From assembly GCA_002269645.1 (NCBI GenBank), contig NIVC01000202.1, positions 558,001 to 622,000 of the forward strand: a DNA stretch of 64,000 bases. Reading direction: 5' to 3'. Under the pieces are notes generated by a model. It had not been told where the DNA came from. It saw nothing but the letters and a program-made list of their open reading frames with translations, and made no database searches. Each line of letters starts with the position of its first letter. The stretch's first letter is position 1. This DNA is from Macrostomum lignano. Its lineage: Eukaryota. Shown piece after piece: positions 1 to 13,081 of the stretch. The position numbers and the translations under genes were made by a program.

Positions 1-329
1 AGTTAGTTTTTTCTAGTCAGACTTCAGCTTCAGTTGAAATTTGAGTGTTTGACTGCAGAGATTTTGTTTCATTTTAATAAAATCACTAGGAATGAAAGGC
101 AGATGAAAAAATGGAAAAATAAAGCTTGTTTTCTCATCCCTTAATTACGCTCGTACTTTTTCTCTAACTGATTTTCCCGCTGGTAAACATAATTTATAGG
201 TAGAAAGCATCAAAATATCGATACTGCTAGAATCATGTGAGTACTGATTTCAAAGAATTGAGTCCTTAGCTGCACAAGTTTGAATATTTCGAGACGCTTG
301 TGAAAATGATTGCACCTTCCGTAATGGCC

Positions 330-545
330 AGATGTGCAACCGACAGCTCAGCCGCAGCTATTGTGCGGCGCATCTGAAGGCTGCGTACGGCTGTTCAGTC
401 CAAGGACTGGGGGGTCGCCACACACAGCCTCAATTACCACAGCTAATGCTGGCACCCATTTTACAGCTGGGCAATGCAGAGTTAAGTGTCTTGCTTAAAG
501 AAACAAATTTTTCCGAGTGGGTCGAGAATCGAACCCTGGCCTACT
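330..545 (-). mobile_element. tRNA-derived CORE-type SINE, copy 1 (5'-degenerate)
   Basis: Reverse complement matches the SINE copies at 6822 and 13565 (GGTTCGATTCTCGACCCACTCGG...AAGCAAGACACTTAACTCTGCATTG...AAATGGGTGCCAGCATTAGCTG...GGACTGAACAGCCGTACGCAGCCTTCAGATGCGCC). Boundaries approximate. Confidence 0.8.
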
Positions 546-830
546 CGCTACTGCTGGAGTCATGTGAACTGGGATCATTTTGCTTCTCCTAGATGTAAGA
601 GTTCAATGCATGATTTGGCAGTTGCACGAAGAAGTATCGAAAGCCGCAGTGGGCGAAACGATGCTATTTATTTAATATTTAGTCGACTACTGCATTGCGT
701 GGGGTGGTGGTAGTAAATGTACACTTGCTTACTACGAGTACAGATAAGTGGGCGAGAGTGAGAGAGAGAGCCGGCTGACGCGCGGGGCCGGAAAATGGGG
801 TGGGCGCTCTATAGCAAATCAATGGCTCAC

Positions 831-2360
831 ACTAGAATCATGTGAACTGGGATCAGTTTGCTTCTCCTAGAATCATGTGAACTGGGATCATTTTGCTTCT
901 CCTAGAATCATGTGAACTGGGATCAGTTTGCTTCTCCTAGAATCATGTGAACTGGGATCATTTTGCTACTTCTAGAATCATGTGAACTGGGATCATTTTG
1001 CTACTGCTAGAATCATGTGAACTGGGATCAGTTTGCTTCTCCTAGAATCATGTGAACTGGGATCATTTTGCTACTTCTAGAATCATGTGAACTGGGATCA
1101 TTTTGCTACTTCTAGAATCATGTGAACTGGGATCATTTTGCTACTGCTAGAATCATGTGAACTGGGATCATTTTGCTACTTCTAGAATCATGTGAACTGG
1201 GATCAGTTTGCTACTTCTAGAATAATGTGAACTGGGATCATTTTGCTACTTCTAGAATCATGTGAACTGGGATCATTTTGCTACTTCTAGAATCATGTGA
1301 ACTGGGATCATTTTGCTACTGATAGAATCATGTGAACTGGGATCATTTTGCTACTTCTAGAATCATGTGAACTGGGATCATTTTGCTACTGCTAGAATCA
1401 TGTGAACTGGGATCATTTTGCTACTTCTAGAATCATGTGAACTGGGATCAGTTTGCTACTTCTAGAATAATGTGAACTGGGATCATTTTGCTACTTCTAG
1501 AATCATGTGAACTGGGATCATTTTGCTACTTCTAGAATCATGTGAACTGGGATCATTTTGCTACTGATAGAATCATGTGAACTGGGATCATTTTGCTACT
1601 TCTAGAATCATGTGAACTGGGATCATTTTGCTACTGCTAGAATCATGTGAACTGGGATCATTTTGCTACTTCTAGAATCATGTGAACTGGGATCATTTTG
1701 CTACTTCTAGAATCATGTGAACTGGGATCATTTTGCTACTGATAGAATCATGTGAACTGGGATCATTTTGCTACTTCTAGAATCATGTGAACTGGGATCA
1801 TTTTGCTACTTCTAGAATCATGTGAACTGGGATCATTTTGCTACTGATAGAATCATGTGAACTGGGATCATTTTGCTACTTCTAGAATCATGTGAACTGG
1901 GATCATTTTGCTACTTCTAGAATCATGTGAACTGGGATCATTTTGCTACTGCTAGAATCATGTGAACTGGCATCATTTTGCTACTTCTAGAATCATGTGA
2001 ACTGGGATCATTTTGCTACTTCTAGAATCATGTGAACTGGGATCATTTTGCTACTTCTAGAATCATGTGAACTGGGATCATTTTGCTACTTCTAGAATCA
2101 TGTGAACTGGGATCATTTTGCTACTTCTAGAATCATGTGAACTGGGATCATTTTGCTACTTCTAGAATCATGTGAACTGGGATCAGTTTGCTACTTCTAG
2201 AATCATGTGAACTGGGATCATTTTGCTACTTCTAGAATCATGTGAACTGGGATCATTTTGATACTGCTAGAATCATGTAAACTGGGATCATTTTGCTACT
2301 GCTAGAATCATGTCAACTGGGATCATTTTGCTACTTCTAGAATCATGTGAACTGGGATAA
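831..2360. repeat. 35-bp minisatellite (CTAGAATCATGTGAACTGGGATCATTTTGCTACTT)n, about 43 copies
   Basis: Directly visible head-to-tail array with few variants and no unique spacers. Confidence 0.97.
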
Positions 2361-3084
2361 TTTCACTAGAACCTTGTGAACCGCTAACAATTGTGTTCTC
2401 CGTGAGTGAGTGATTGAGTGAGTGATTGAGTGAGAACAGGTACTGCAGCTCTCAGGTACCACTGCAAATCCTATCAAACTACAAGTAGGATACTACAGCT
2501 TGGCATCGTGTCATTGGCTCTCAGGTTTTCCTCTTGCTTTGGTTAGCAGAAAGGAAGGGCATAAGAGTCCAGTCGCCAGCTACGGACTTGCATGACAAAA
2601 ACTGCCCAGCTATCAATCCTAAAATTTCATGTATTAAACTGCACTGTCACTACAACTTTGGTGAGCAAAAAATGCGTGCTTTTTCATCAATTTTTTTTAG
2701 TCAGCGATGGACAGTTTATGTTTAAATTGCGCACTCTTGAAACTCGTTAACCCCCAAGTTTTCAGTGGAGATGAAATCTTTAAGGCAAATCAATAAGTCC
2801 ATTAAAGTCTTTATTAATACCAGCCTTCTCGTAATACGTCTCGTAACAGGAATATCGCTCTCTTAGTGCTGCAACCGTCCCTACGAGGGCACTAAATTTA
2901 TAAGTGCAAAAGGTCTTGTGTAGTCATTACTGTTGGGTTCTCGAGACTAACCTGCTTAGCCATCCCTGATATCCATGATGCCTTTCCAGCCCTAAGAGGT
3001 TTGTTTAAATACAACTGCTCATTTTATACAAACACATTTATTCTAGATCTCTTCCATAGCAACGCTCCACCCGAGCTAGCGACA

Positions 3085-6000
3085 ATGTGGTCAATAACGC
3101 TGACTGAGAAGCTGCTCCTGCTGATTTTACTTCGCTTCTGCTCCTCTGCAGAAGCTGCTCTGATAGTCAACAGCGGCTTTGGCCTGACATGCCTTGAGCA
3201 GGGCAGCTCCAGTCCGTTTGTGCAGGTTCTGATAGATGGAAATGCCGTGTGCAACACTACTGTGCTTAGCGGTTGGTGCCTTTTGTAACTATACTCGTAG
3301 TTTGATAAACAAGTTATTTATGTATAAGTTAAACCACTTTAAAGCTCACTTTCAGGGAGGTTATTGACATAGATTTGATTTTGTGGGATTTAATCGATCA
3401 CTTTCCCGGACATATTGCAAGGATTATTGTATGTATCTAAATAAGCGAGCTTCTCTCTTCTCTTCCTTCGTGACTCGAGAAATTTCTTAATGAAATTTTG
3501 TCTATGGTAAGAATGTGGGGGCTTCGCCCCCACACCCCCAGCAGGGGCTTCGGCCACACACCCCAATCCCCAACTTCAACCATAGACATACAAGTATGGC
3601 TCCGGGATTTATCTGAATACATCCTGCAAAATTAAAGTAGTTTAAATAATTCGGCTCTCGGGATTTAATCACATACCGACCTCAAACCCATAGAATATGT
3701 ATAAGATTGAGCTCAAACCCATAGAATATGTATAAGATTGAGCTCAAACCCATCAAACCCATAGCCATAGAATAGCCATAGAATTGAGCTCAAACCCATA
3801 GAATATGTATAAGATTGAGCTCAAACCCATCAAACCCATAGCCATAGAATAGCCATAGAATTGAGCTCAAACCCATAGAATATGTATAAGATTGAGCTCA
3901 AACCCATCAAACCCATAGCCATAGAATAGCCATAGAATTGAGCTCAAACCCATAGAATATGTATAAGATTGAGCTCAAACCCATCAAACCCATAGCCATA
4001 GAATAGCCATAGAATTGAGCTCAAACCCATAGAATATGTATAAGATTGAGCTCAAACCCATCAAACCCATAGCCATAGAATAGCCATAGAATTGACCTCA
4101 AACCCATAGAATATGTATAAGATATTCTATGGGTTTGAGGTTGGTATGTGATTAAATCCCGAGAGCCGAATTATTTAAACTACTTTAATTTTGCAGGATG
4201 TATTCAGATAAATCCCGGAGCCATACTTGTATGTCTATGGTTGAAGTTGGGGATTGGGGTGTGTGGCCGAAGCCCCTGCTGGGGGTGTGGGGGCGAAGCC
4301 CCCACATTCTTACCATAGACAAAATTTCATTAAGAAATTTCTCGAGTCACGAAGGAAGAGAAGAGAGAAGCTCGCTTATTTAGATACATACAATAATCCT
4401 TGCAATATGTCCGGGAAAGTGATCGATTAAATCCCGCAAAATAAAATCAATGTCATAACCTCCCTGAAAGTGAGCTTTAAAGTGGTTTAAGTAGAAGATA
4501 ATTCATGGTTTTTAGGGTTGTATTTTTTAAAATCCCCAAAGCCAGGTCGAGGGATTTAAGTTAATACAACCCGTAAAAATTATGTATTACCTCAATTAAA
4601 TCGATGATTTCAAACTCCGGGATGTATTTAGATACGAACCGCAAAACAGTTTAGAACATAGACACTGAATGCAGTGTAAAGAGGGGTCAAGGGGACGCAG
4701 TCCCCTGCGGGGGTGTGGCGGCGGAGCCCCCACATGTAGCATAGTGAATATCACTTTATTAAATGTCTATGGTCTCGCTTTCGCCTAGTTGAAAAGGTCA
4801 ACTACTCGTAAAAGGGAAACATGAGAGAAGCTGCGTTTTTTTACTTTGTGAGCGGGTCAACTTGCGGGTTTCGCGAAAAACACATCCCCGAAAAGCAAAG
4901 AGAGTAGCCCGCTGTGGTGTCTATGTCTATGGCCTTTTTATGACCCTGAAAGTTTGAAAGCAGGGATTTAAAAGATCTATGTCAGAGACAGACCAGACGT
5001 ACAATGAGCAAGAATGGCCCAGTGTGGACTTTGAAACAGAATTTCTATGAAGCCCTTAGTTTGCTACGCTTGATATGATTAATATCCAAAGCTCTGTCCT
5101 TCTGCTGCCTTTTCCTTGGCAGGCAAATGCTCCAAGGAGGCAGCTGTGTGGAATTCAATCTGCGGCATAGATTCCTGGTCGGCACTGAGCTTTGAGTTGA
5201 TTGCGCTGCACCGGTTCAATGCCACAAGCGCTCACTTAGAAATCGGCCGATGCTCAGGAGTCATTGGTGACGGATTCCACCAGTGTCGCCTGCGGCTAAC
5301 AAACTCATCTGCTTACCGGGGCGTGCTCACTTACTATTGGATAAGTGCGTTTGTACAGCTAGTTATGTACTTAATAACCTGTTTTATTGTTGGGATATAG
5401 TATTCTGGGTTTTCTTATACTTGGTGAAATCAAACGGAGTTTTAGTTAGCTACGCAGTAGCACCAGGGGCGCCAGCACCAGGGGCGCGAGCACCAGGGGC
5501 GCCAGCACCAGGGGCGCCAGCACCAGAGGCGCCAGCACCAAGGGCGCGAGCACCAGGGGCGCGAACACCAGGGGCGCGAGCACCAGGGGCGCCAGCACCA
5601 GGGGCGCCAGCACCAGGGGCGCCAGCACCAGGGGCGCCAGCACCAGGGGCGCCAGCACCAGGGGCGCCAGCACCAGGGGCGCCAGCACCAGGGGCGCCAG
5701 CACCAGGGGCGCCAGCACCAGGGGCGCCAGCACCAGGGGCGCCAGCACCAGGGGCGCCAGCACCAGGGGCGCCAGCACCAGGGGCGCCAGCACCAGGGGC
5801 GCCAGCACCAGGGGCGCCAGCACCAGGGGCGCCAGCACCAGGGGCGCCAGCACCAGGGGCGCCAGCACCAGGGGCGCCAGCACCAGGGGCGCCAGCACCA
5901 GGGGCGCCAGCGCCAGGGGTGCCAGCACCAGGGGCGCCAGCACCAGGGGCGCCAGCACCAGGGGCGCCAGCACCAGGGGCGCCAGCACCAGGGGCGCCAG

Positions 6001-9000
6001 CACCAGGGGCGCCAGCACCAGGGGCGCCAGCACCAGGGGCGCCAGCACCAAGGGACACCAGTATTTGTTGTGGAATTAAAAAAAATTTGAAACTTGGGCG
6101 CCAAACCTGGTTGGTGGGGGGGGGGGGGTGCCATAGTTGTTGCGAAGGGGCCCCAGAATTCTTGTCCCCTCCCTGGCTACCTCCCGCATGTCAGCATTAC
6201 TGTCAGGCCAGTCCAGGAAAAGTTGTGTCCTCCGAGCTACTAAAGTTGGCTGAGAAAATAAATTCTAATTTTTCTTTTAAACTTTAACAGTTCAAGCAAA
6301 TGAGAGAAGCATATGGCTCAGTAAAGAGACGAGAAGTGCATTAGAGAATTGACATCAATAAGTAATAAATCTATTACTTTCTTATCATTCGGTTCCAGCC
6401 AACCTGCCGCACATGCTGTACCGCGTCAAGGTCATGGAGGCCAACAATATTTTGGGCAAGGACGGTTCGGGCTCGGGATCCAATTCCGACGCGTACGTTC
6501 TGGCCGTGAGCGGAGCCTGCTCAGCAGCGACTGTCATCCAAAGCACGGAAAAAGTTTCTGGTGAGTTGCTATCTGTTGAAAACAATACGTGCATGTGGTG
6601 TTCAATTTTCAATGTGACATGTGTGACAGATTTCCGTTGAGTTGCTGGTGGAAGTTCTGTAAAAATCTGATAGCTATAAATGCCTGTGTGATGATGCGTC
6701 AAATTCTTGCGTGAAAAATCAACCCACGAATAGCCAAAATTCGCGCAACGAGGTATTCGTGAACCGAAGTCTTCCTGGGGCTTATCTAGTGCAATTAAAG
6801 TCTTTTTAAGGTCCAACAAATGGGGGGGGTTGTAGCCTAGTAGTTAGAGCGTCGGGCTCACGACTGAAAGGTCGGGGGTTCGATTCACGACCCACTCGGA
6901 ACAATTTGTGTCCTTGAGCAAGACACTTAACTCTGCATTGCTTCAGTTCACTCAGATGTAAAATGGGTGCCAGCATTAGCTGGGGTAATTGAGGATGTGT
7001 GTGGCGACCCCGCTTCCATCGGCTGAGCTGTATTTGATATTATTATGAATATTATAGTATTAAGGTACAAACCCGAGGCACAGGGTATCCGTGAGCTTCT
7101 GGGCTAGCCCGTAAGCATCTTTAGTCAAACCCTAAGCGTGTTTCAGCCATCAAATTCTAGAAGCTTCTTGAATCCTTGCATCCTGCCGCGTGATTGCCTC
7201 GGTCGTACTAAATTATAAAGTGGGCGAGAAAATTGACAAAAGCTAGGCGAAGTTGTCAAGCATTTAGCTAAGGCATTTAATTATTCTGCTAAAATGTCTT
7301 TTAGCAAGGTCTTGAAGCAGCTGCTGGCGCGGTCACAGATGGCTTAACAAGCGCGCTTGCCTGGGGCCAGCAGCCTCATTCAGCGCCAGGCACGGCACAC
7401 GCTTGGCTGGCTACTTCAGTCAGAGATGTCTCAAAAGCTGCATTGAGTGGCAAGTGGGCATTGAAGGGCACAGCCACCCACACGTGCCTTACATCACGTG
7501 GCCCCGCTCCCAGGGAAGCACTAAAAAAACTCTCTTTAGTAAAGTAGACAACTTCTTCAACCACGGGGTAGAACTGTAAAACCCACGTACAAGTAGTGCA
7601 TCCTGGGACAACTAGTTGTCCCTGAGTGCATCAACATTTTCAGCTCTCCTTTCAATTAATACACTATTAGTGCTTTCCTTGCATGGCGCTTTAGCAATTG
7701 AAATGACGCTATTATGGCAACCAAAGCCGTATTCGAATCCCGCAGACTCGCTCAATCCCGTGTGGGACATCACCCTGCCCCAGGCCTACCCGGCTGGCGA
7801 CTTACTACTGGAAGTTTTCGACCACGATGGCACCTACGTGCCAGATTACTTGGGCTTCTGCTGGACCACCCTGTCGCCTGTCAACGGCAGCTGCTGGCTG
7901 AGCAGGCAGGGCGGCCTCAACTTTACCATTCATGAGGCGGGAAATAGTGAGTACATCTGGCTCTCAAATCCAAACATGCTGTACAAGCAGCTAAGTTGAA
8001 GGAATCTGATTTTACTTGAACAGCTGGATTCCAGTACATTTCGCTTTAAATACCTAAAGTATCATTCCTTGACGAGCCCTCCTTCCTTGAGTCACTGGGT
8101 TGTCGCCTTCCACAGGCTCGAAATCGCACAAAGTCGAACTTGTGCGAAGTTTTCAGCTGACGAAAGTGACTAGCAAAGCATTTCGACGAAGTTATTAAGT
8201 TTCAAGCTTGATTCGATGTTGTGAAAGGTCACACTTTTTTGAGCTTATAAGTTAACCCTTTTACTTGACTCAGCAGCAGGGGGCTTTGGGCATCCGGATA
8301 CAGCGGGAGGCGTCGCCGTCCATTCCGCTAACCCCTAGCGACCACGGGCAGCTAATGCTGCGGTGTCGCGCAGGGAGATCCGGTGGTGCCGGTGTCCGCA
8401 GAGCGCTCTCTCCAGAAAGTCCAGGAGGTGGATTGTCACTCGCCCTGTATCCTTTGGGTAGCGGACGAGCTGGCAGAGACTCTCAGGCCTGAAATCGTCG
8501 GAAAGGTCCGGGTTTGGGTCGAAGTAGGTGAGCATGTCCTGAGTAAAGGCAGAGCAGTCACAGATTAAGTTCTCCGCATTCTCAACACCGGAGAGGCAGA
8601 ACGGGCATTCCTCACTGCGGATTTTTCCCTGGAGGTGAGCGATGCCTGGCAAAGCAGCTATGGTCTGGTTACCACCCTGATGTCCCTGCGGTTGAGTCCA
8701 AGCAGAGCCCTGCGCAGGGCGGAGGAAGGACAGGGGACAGCCGCGCGGGATTGCTGGCAGTCGGGGCGTTAGCCCACATCTCCCTGTGCTTTGAAGCCAC
8801 CCACTGGCTGATCCGAGTGATGAAAACAGTGATGGGGGTAGGGGCCACGAGCAGGGGACCAGTGAAGGATCCCGTCAAGCCAGCGTTAGCCAGGCGATCA
8901 ACCAACTTGATGCTGGGGTGGCCCGAGTGTCCGGGGCTCCTTTTTGGAGGATCCCCGGACAAGGCGTCGGAGGCGCCTATGCGTCAAGCTGCGCAATGTA

Positions 9001-11497
9001 CGCGAGCAGGTGGTGGTGCACTCAAGGGCGTATATCGCCGCCTGACTGTCTGCAGAGTGGATGAATGAATTAACCATCACTGGGCTTTCATTCGGTCAGG
9101 CGGCTACTTTCCGCGAGAGCAACTTAGAGTAGTCTGTGGCATAAAACACCTCTCTGATGAAGGGGCACCTGCCCGACCGGGAGCGTCTCTCTTATCCCTC
9201 GAACACGAAGCACCATTCAATTTGGAATCTTGATGCGCCAAAGGAAGGCCGAAGGAGCAAGTCGCCACGATGAAGCACCTTCGCCCAGGTCTCCGTGCTT
9301 CACCCGTCCGAGTTTCTGGAGATGCTCGGCGTGCCACCGATAAAGTGAACAATCAGATAGGGATATCTACTTCCTGACTGAGACAGACACCGGGACGGGC
9401 GTCGTTGAGTCGGAGGGGAATCTCATGTTGTACGCTCACAGAGTGCTAGAAACTGCGGAGTAGGCGAAAAACTAGGGTGTCATCGCATGGAATCGCAATT
9501 CACCAATTTAAAGAGGCCAATATAAATTACGAGAGGTGTCCGTAGTGTTTTTTAAGCGGCAAGTCTCTTCATTAAAACAGCTGAACGAATGGCTTCGGAT
9601 TAGCAGTTTGTTTCAGAGACGTAGATTAGTTGAGTACAGCAATTAGTACACATGCACATTAGATGACTAGATAGACAATCTCACGTATCAATAAAAACTC
9701 TAACTTTTACTAGAACAAAGCAGACAACAAGAGCAACATAAAAATGGTAAAGAACAAACTGGGCGTTAAATGGGACGCCTATTTTGATAGTTAGCAGTAA
9801 AAGCGTTAATGACAATTTTAGGCAAGGTTGTTACGTGTAGCTCATTTTTTTAGAGACTCTCTCATTTGCTGCATCACATCTCTCGTTGAGTCTCGTTGGC
9901 GCTCGTAAGCTTGCAGAAATAGTCGTAGAAATGTTGGCTAAATCAACTCAATAGCATATTTTATTGACGAACCGTGTCCATTCTGTTAAAGTGACGAGTA
10001 CTGAACAACTATTTCTGAACTATAGTTAATTCATGAATAAAGAATCAGTCAATCTATGCTTGTAGGTTTCACCGAATATTATTAATAATCGATACTATTT
10101 GCAGACACCTACACACTGAAGATAGTGTCCGCATGGGATCTGGAGGATACCGACAGCAGCAGCGGACCGTCCGATCCCTTTGTGCTGGCCTCGTCAGTTG
10201 GCTTATTCTGTGGCGCTATCAGTGGCATTGCGCCAGGTAAATCTATAGCTAGACTTAGCTTTTGTGAGCTGCACTATCTTTTTGCAGCCAGAAGATGAGT
10301 TGGAGCGCAATAGAGGCAGTGATGAAGATTCGTCTTTTGGGGTCTGAATATCAGTGAACTATCTGGCCATAGTTGCTTTTAAGTTGTTACGCTTGCGTAT
10401 GAAAACGAAACAACAACGAACAAACTTAAACAATAGCCTTGATGACTGGAATCCCCATGGCAGAATAACGTCACGTGCGTATTGTGTGGCAAGGTGCAGC
10501 AAGGGAAGGTGCGGCAAGGGAAGGTGCAGCAAGGGAAAGTGCGGCAAGGGAAGGTGCGGCAAGGGAAGGTTGCAAACGCAATCATCTCAGGTTGAGACAA
10601 AATAAGCAGCTTTTCATTTTCTTCGACTCTGACATTAATCTCACCGCCACCACCTGAGCCAGACAGCCTGCACCCGCGCTGGAACCAGACCCTGAATGGC
10701 CTGTTCGCAGCCAATGCGTCCGTTAATTTCACCCTGTCGGATCGGGACGGCAGTTCCGACCAGATGATCGGCTCGTGCACCAGCCTGCAGCAGCTGAGCC
10801 CGGGCCAGCACACGTGCAGCATCAGCAGCGGCGGCAACTTCACCTATCTGGTTGAGCCGGCGGAAATCCGCGCTGCCAGCTGGTCCAATCCAGGCAAGTG
10901 TTTGCGCAGGCAAATTAGTTCTTGTGCTCATAAATCTTGTTTGACAGACTTATAATAATCAATTTGAAGTTGCACTCTGGTAAGTAGATTTGGTAAGTGT
11001 ACTTATATATTTCGACGTATTTTTTTGGTCATCGCGCAAGATTCTGTGCTATTACTAAGAGTACTAATTATACCTTATAAATTTTACTGCTGCTCATAAA
11101 TACATACCACTATAAGATCTGCATTAAAAATTATGCATCTCGTGCTACGGATCAAACTCAGACTCAGTCTTTACAGGCCAGTATTTGAGCCAGTTTTTAC
11201 ATATGTTTTTTAATACATTTTTACATGCCGAGTTTCATCCTTCTTGCAGCATACGTAGGCTGGCTGGCTACAACCACGTGTATGATTTAGTAGCCATGGT
11301 AACTTCGATTGAGTGAATCCCAAACTGCAATTCAATCTGCTGGAATAATTGACCTCTTATGAATGACCTCTGCTTTCTAGCATCTGTATGTCGCAGGTTG
11401 TCCGCCCACCATGTCAGAACAAGCTGTTAAACCATTCCGCTTCGTGTCATCCAATTTCATCGATAAAAATTCGCGAAAAAATGTTCCTAACAAATAA
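3085..11497 (+). CDS. Secreted triple-C2-domain protein, paralog 1 (about 411 aa; perforin-type C2 domains, no MACPF)
   Basis: Manual model join(3085..3271,5123..5344,6399..6560,7746..7946,10105..10236,10663..10893,11397..11497) = 1236 nt, open throughout. All introns are phase 1 and GT-AG except the last, which has a GC donor (CAG|GCAAGT); that last exon is tentative. Signal peptide [25 protein letters not shown]2 motifs: SDAYV...DSLNPVW...[18 protein letters not shown]...[14 protein letters not shown] and SAWDLEDTD...SDPFV...LHPRWN...[13 protein letters not shown]...[15 protein letters not shown]. About 10 N-glycosylation sequons. Confidence 0.82.
3329..4490. mobile_element. Foldback/inverted-repeat element with about 370-bp near-identical arms (3329-3698 and 4122-4490), TTAA at both outer ends and a tandem-repeat spacer (about 77-bp unit); in intron 1 of paralog 1
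   Basis: Arms are reverse complements, which is why the ORF track shows the same 61-aa ORF at 3437..3622(-) and 4198..4383(+). The spacer is built from CTCAAACCCATAGAATATGTATAAGATTGAG variants. Confidence 0.85.
5460..6055. repeat. 15-bp GC-rich minisatellite (CACCAGGGGCGCCAG)n, about 39 copies, intron 2 of paralog 1
   Basis: Visible array; explains the GAPAP, WCWRP and LAPLV ORFs. Confidence 0.95.
6822..7032 (+). mobile_element. tRNA-derived CORE-type SINE, copy 2 (internally deleted 3' part)
   Basis: Pol III A box (TAGCCTAGTAGTTAGAGC) and B box (GGTTCGATTC), followed by the CORE-like GTGTCCTTGAGCAAGACACTTAAC...TTCAGTTCACTCAGATGTAAAATGGG. Confidence 0.85.
8260..9420 (-). mobile_element. Degenerate 3' fragment of an RNase H-containing non-LTR retrotransposon (I/R1/Loa-like), antisense in intron 4 of paralog 1
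   Basis: Frameshifted minus-strand pieces in the expected order: RNase H ([13 protein letters not shown]; [23 protein letters not shown]), then a zinc knuckle ([18 protein letters not shown]). Confidence 0.75.
10490..10570. repeat. Short 15-bp tandem repeat (CAAGGGAAGGTGCRG) x5, intron 5 of paralog 1
   Basis: Directly visible. Confidence 0.85.
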
Positions 11498-12289
11498 AAG
11501 ATTTACAACTAATTCTCTGTTTGAGTTATCCAGTTCTCTTCACACTTTCTGTAATACAACAGAGACAAAGCATTAGGATTCGCTTTTACAGGGCTGAGCA
11601 AACGCTTCAAAAATTGATTGATGGGTTGATAATCTTCTGATGAAGGAACTACCGGTAATATTTTTAGCGTACTGTTCAGTAAAATTCTCTCTACGTTAAA
11701 TTTCCACCATTTTCCAGAATAATTCGTCACAACACTATTAGCGCATACGAAATTTATCTGCATTTAATTAGTAGTGTATTTAATTTTAGTTTCCGTACTG
11801 TACTTTGGGTTTGTTTATTTTGTTATAATGCGCAAAAACTGGCACAAAATTCTGGTAGGCCATTTCTCGAATCTCACGAAGACTTCTACAGCCTCCGTTT
11901 CAGCATCCCTACACTCCTACCTCTATTTTCACGTGCATATATTTGGGAAGCTTATTAAGCTATTAGCAGAATAGAAGTATATTACCATTATTATTCGTTT
12001 TACTAAAATAAAATTAAATAAATAAACCTGACGTTTTCAAGCGAACTTTAGTTTTAGTACACAAAATTGTAGTGACTTAAAAATAACAAATGTGACACGT
12101 ACATGTATATTTATTGACTACTTCATTTCGCATTTGGTGTTAGCTAAAATCAGTAAAACAAATTTATAGTCCTCGTACTAAAATGAAAACATAGAAAAAT
12201 GATAAAAACAAATTTAACATTAGACCTACGCTCTCTGATGCTCACGTTCGGATTTCGTAAAAGCAATACTTATACTTCTTCTGGCTCCT

Positions 12290-12945
12290 GCTGAAGGTCC
12301 CTGCTTGCGTGTCTCTGGCTCTCATCCTGACAGTGGATTGGTGTCCTGGGAAGGATGTTCGTCCCGTACCGGGGACTACCGGCTGAGTCCGGAGTCCTCT
12401 TGCCCCGGGTGCCTCTCTTCCGACCCCTTGGCCTGGCCCCCAATATTGAGCTGGATAGGCGATACCCCTTGTGGCTTGCAGCCCTATAGGTCTTTTGGTC
12501 GCTGGCCTGATAGGAGACTCGCCCTCGGATACAAGCCTTCCAGACTCACTCCAATAGTCAAGCCATTTCCGCAGGTTTAGGAGTAACTCCTCACTCGGAC
12601 CGCTTTTTCAGTAGTATCCCAAGCATTTTGCTCTCCAATTTTTCTGCGCACTCCCAAAGACTCGCTAGCTGGGGGGATGGTCTGGGTGGATTTAGTCCTA
12701 GTACCGTCCCTGATTCCACTAATATTGGGTTGGCGGTGTCTTGTACCGTAGGCTTGAGGTCCTTCTGCTCTCCCCTGGCTTAAGTCAGGGCCCAACTAAA
12801 TTGGCTCTCGGTCTTCCGAGGAGGGTATCTCGGGTCCACGAAAGTGCCCTAGGATAGTGCCCCACAGCGGCAGAGCCCCCCCCCCCCCCAGGGCTGATCC
12901 GCGGGTAAGCCCAGCTTCCCACCCCCGTTTAACAACAACAACAAA
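12290..12945 (+). mobile_element. Probable 3' end of a LINE with an (AAC)n tail
   Basis: GC-rich segment in AT-rich flanks, ending TTTAACAACAACAACAAA; weak zinc-knuckle-like translation (TGDYRL..SCPGC). Family not assignable. Confidence 0.45.
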
Positions 12946-13081
12946 AGCAATACGAATAAGGACTTACCGTAAAAACCTACCCAAGACTTCAGTCCGAATA
13001 ACGAAATTTGGAGGAGAATTTAGCTGGCGATGTCTAAACTTGTGGTAGCAAATTCTACATGCAGCCAAGTTCACTACTCAC

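Noticed and set aside
831-2360. 35-bp array as a CRISPR array
   Set aside because: Units are contiguous with no unique spacers, there are no cas genes, and the context is eukaryotic.
3437-4383. Identical 61-aa ORFs on opposite strands
   Set aside because: A consequence of the inverted repeat; no recognisable protein features.
5283-6287. Long collagen-like or Pro/Ala-rich ORFs (GAPAP, WCWRP, LAPLV), and the similar ORFs at 23154-23822
   Set aside because: They are open in several frames because they are stop-free minisatellites, and they lie inside introns of the C2 genes.
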